From an uncultured Acidobacteriota bacterium (lineage in GTDB: Bacteria > Acidobacteriota > Thermoanaerobaculia > Multivoradales > SZUA-115), in assembly GCA_963805975.1 (NCBI GenBank), contig CAWDVR010000005.1, positions 128,001-192,000 on the forward strand: DNA of 64,000 nucleotides, written 5' to 3'. This document shows, one piece after another, positions 50,263-64,000 of the stretch. How positions within the stretch are numbered: the first letter of the stretch is position 1; every line of letters starts with the position of its first letter. Both the position numbers and the translations under genes were made by a program. The notes under the pieces were generated by a model, which saw only the letters and a program-made list of their open reading frames with translations, was not told where the DNA came from and searched no databases.

Positions 50263-51504
50263 ATGAGGCACTTCGCCTTCGTCGAGAGCAACACCACCGG
50301 CACCGGCCGCCGGGCCGTGGAGCGCCTGCTGGCCGAGGGCGAGCGGGTGAGCTTCCTCACCCGGAGCCGCGGCAAGTACCCGTTCCTCGCGGTACCCCAG
50401 CCCGGCCTCGCGGTCCACGACGTGGAGACCAACAGCGCCCCCGAGGTGACGCGGGCGCTCCAGAACCTCGCCGGCCGCGAGCGGCTGGACGCCGTCGTCA
50501 CCTTCTCGGACTTCTACGTCGACATCGTGGCCGAAGCTGCGCGCCGCCTCGGCTTCCCCGGCCTGGACCCGGCCGCCGCCGCCACCTGCCGGAGCAAGCA
50601 CAAGACCCGGCTGGCGCTCGCCAGGGCCGGCCTGCCGACGCCGGTGGTGCGCCTCGTGGCGAGCGAGGAGGAGGCGCGCCGCGCCGCGGCGGAGATCGGC
50701 TTCCCGGCGGTGGTCAAGCCGATCGCCGACAGCTCGAGCACCGGCGTGAAACGGGTGGAGAGCGAAGACGAGCTCGTGGCCCAGTTCCGCCTGCTCGCCG
50801 GCTGGCAGGAGAACGTGCGCGGCCAGAAGCTCGACGGCAGCGTGCTCGTCGAGAGCTACCTCCAAGGCGACGAGCACAGCGTCGAGACCTTCACCCTGCC
50901 GGCCGGCGAGACGCGCGTCGTGGGGGTGACCGACAAGCACCTGTCGCCGCCGCCGAACTTCGTCGAGACCGGGCACGACTTCCCTTCCGGCGCCGCTCCC
51001 TCCCGCCGCGCCGCGCTCGAAGACGCGGCCCGGGCCGCCCTCGCCGCCGTGGGCTTCGACTTCGGTCCCGCGCACACCGAGATCCGCTTCACCGAGCGCG
51101 GCCCGGTGGTGGTGGAGATCAACGCCCGCCTGGCGGGCGGCATGATCCCCGAGCTGGTGGCGCTCGCGACCGGCATCGACCTGTCGCGCGCCTGGCTCGA
51201 CGCCGCAGCGGGTGGCCGTCCGGCGCTCGAGCCCTCGCGGGCCGGCTGCGCCTCGATCCGCTTCCTGATATCGCCCGCCGCCGGCCGCCTCGCGCGGGTG
51301 GAGGGCGAGGAGGAGGCGCGCGCCGTGCCCGGCGTCACGGAGGTGCTGGTCACCGCCCGGCCGGGCGCCCTGCTGGCGCCGGCGGTGGACGCCTACGGCC
51401 GGCTCGGCCACGCCATCGCCGCCGGCGCCAGCCGCGAGGCGGTCGCCGCCGCTGCCGAGACCGGCACGCGCGCCATCCGTTTCGTCCTGGAGCCCGCCCT
51501 GTAA
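50263..51504 (+). CDS. ATP-grasp ligase
   Basis: MRHFAFVESNTTGTG, FPAVVKP, ESYLQGDEHSVE, AHTEIR, EINARLAGG. Confidence 0.92.
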   Translation: MRHFAFVESNTTGTGRRAVERLLAEGERVSFLTRSRGKYPFLAVPQPGLAVHDVETNSAPEVTRALQNLAGRERLDAVVTFSDFYVDIVAEAARRLGFPGLDPAAAATCRSKHKTRLALARAGLPTPVVRLVASEEEARRAAAEIGFPAVVKPIADSSSTGVKRVESEDELVAQFRLLAGWQENVRGQKLDGSVLVESYLQGDEHSVETFTLPAGETRVVGVTDKHLSPPPNFVETGHDFPSGAAPSRRAALEDAARAALAAVGFDFGPAHTEIRFTERGPVVVEINARLAGGMIPELVALATGIDLSRAWLDAAAGGRPALEPSRAGCASIRFLISPAAGRLARVEGEEEARAVPGVTEVLVTARPGALLAPAVDAYGRLGHAIAAGASREAVAAAAETGTRAIRFVLEPAL

Positions 51505-51559
51505 GTCACGCCAGGGCCCCTCAAGTCACGCAAGGCCAAGGCCACCGCACTACTGCAAC

Positions 51560-52828
51560 GTGCAAACGGAGAGCGACGCCAAGCAGTGGGTCCTGATCGT
51601 GCCCGACGGTGCGGCCGACCTCGACCGCACCGGGGGCCGCTCGCCGCTGGTCGAGGCCCGCACGCCCTATCTCGACTTCGTGGCGCGCGAGGGGCGCTCG
51701 GGCCTGATGCGCACGCTCTACCCCGACCTGCCGCAGGGGAGCATCGTCGCTCTCCTCGGCATGCTGGGCTGGGAGCCGCACCGCTGGCACCCGGACGGCC
51801 GCGCCTCCTGCGAGCTCCTGGCGCTCGACGGCGTCACCCTCGCTCCCGGCGACCTGGCGTTTCGCGCCAACCTCGTCCGCATGGAGGGCGCGCGCCTCGC
51901 GAGCTACAACGCGGGCTACATCGAGAGCGAGCACGCCCGCCTGCTGCTCGAGCGGGTCCGCCGCGCCACCGGAGCCGAGTTCTCCGACTTCGAGCTGTTC
52001 CACAACTCCGACTTCAGGAACTGCCTGGTGGTGCGGCGCGCCGGCGTCGATCCCAAGGACCTCGCCTGCCCCGAGCCGCACGAGCGCCAGGGCGAGGAGT
52101 TCGACCTCGCCCACCTGATCGCCGGCAGCAGTCCCGCCAGCCGCGCCCTCGCCCGGCGCCTCAACGCCTATCTCGCGGCGGTCGCCCGCGTGCTGGCCGG
52201 CGAGCAGGCCAACATGCTCTTCCCGTGGAGCGCCTCGCGGCACTTCTCGCTGCCGGCCTTCCGCGAGGTCTCCGGCGTCGAAGGCCCCACCGCCATCGTC
52301 GGCGCCATGGACTTTCTCCAGGGTATCGCCAAGGCCGGCGGCATCGACTTCCACAAGATCGGCAACGGCCGCCCGCGGACAGACTACGCCGGCAAGGGCG
52401 ACAAGGTGCTGGAGCTCTTGGCGAGCGGCCACCAGCTCGTGGTCTGCCACGTCAACGGCCCGGACGAGGCCTCCCACGAGGGCGACCGCGAGCTCAAGAT
52501 CTCCTGCATCGAGGAGATCGACACCCACATCGTGGGGCCGGTGGTGGAGCATTTCCTGGCCCGCCCGCACGAGCTGGGCGGAGTGATGGTGGTGCCGGAC
52601 CATTTCACCAACTGGGCCGTGGCCCACGGCGAGGGCAGCCAGCGCGCCCAGGCGCACTCGATCGATCCCAGCCCCTTCGCGGTGTGGGACGGCATCCATC
52701 GCGACACCGTCTCGTACTTCGGCGAAGACGCCGCCGCCGGCGGCGCCTTCGGCCCGGAGCCCGTGAGCCACCTGGACCTGCTCCAAGTGCTGGGCGTGGC
52801 GCGGCGGGTGGCGGTGGCGGTCGGCTGA
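51560..52828 (+). CDS. Alkaline-phosphatase-superfamily enzyme, ApgM/iPGM-like
   Basis: DGAAD, ARTP.LD, QGS (predicted phosphoacceptor Ser), AFRANLV, HVNGPDEASHEGD, PDH, HS. Confidence 0.88.
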   Translation: MQTESDAKQWVLIVPDGAADLDRTGGRSPLVEARTPYLDFVAREGRSGLMRTLYPDLPQGSIVALLGMLGWEPHRWHPDGRASCELLALDGVTLAPGDLAFRANLVRMEGARLASYNAGYIESEHARLLLERVRRATGAEFSDFELFHNSDFRNCLVVRRAGVDPKDLACPEPHERQGEEFDLAHLIAGSSPASRALARRLNAYLAAVARVLAGEQANMLFPWSASRHFSLPAFREVSGVEGPTAIVGAMDFLQGIAKAGGIDFHKIGNGRPRTDYAGKGDKVLELLASGHQLVVCHVNGPDEASHEGDRELKISCIEEIDTHIVGPVVEHFLARPHELGGVMVVPDHFTNWAVAHGEGSQRAQAHSIDPSPFAVWDGIHRDTVSYFGEDAAAGGAFGPEPVSHLDLLQVLGVARRVAVAVG

Positions 52829-52848
52829 GCTACGCGGCGCCCTCCGAA

Positions 52849-64000
<11,152 letters not shown>

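Noticed and set aside
49099-51504. 801-aa cysteine-synthase/ATP-grasp fusion
   Set aside because: The middle third is out-of-frame sequence caused by the extra base near 49640. Corrected, the PLP enzyme stops at 50224 and the ATP-grasp gene has its own ATG at 50263.

Overview
This is a very GC-rich bacterial chromosomal segment. Gene content and repeat types suggest an Acidobacteriota/Thermoanaerobaculia-like host, but that is inference only. From left to right it contains: (1) tpiA-pgk-gap; (2) an orphan hicB whose hicA partner is broken by a MITE-like element; (3) a sigma54 two-component locus; (4) tsaD, then an aminotransferase-IV / sulfotransferase-like pair split by a secreted hydrolase; (5) a NYN nuclease and ubiX; (6) an OmpR-type two-component locus with a TonB receptor and a visible binding box; (7) a decayed lodA next to an intact lodB, a dinB-family gene with an internal stop, and a WYL fragment; (8) ftcD, mpl, rph, murI and an amidase-GerMN fusion; (9) a cobalamin-riboswitch btuBFDC operon; (10) from about 43.8 kb, the 3' part of an NRPS cluster. 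The NRPS reads ...T-C-A(Asp)-T-C-A(Ala)-T-C-A(unknown)-T-TE. It converges on a four-gene operon (argininosuccinate-lyase-like, PLP beta-replacement enzyme, ATP-grasp, ApgM-like metalloenzyme), next to a divergent MBL-fold/oligopeptidase-B fusion. Three families of palindromic repeats are present, and one copy is inserted in-frame inside the NRPS. Several single-base frameshifts look like long-read sequencing errors. I found no tRNA, rRNA or CRISPR array.
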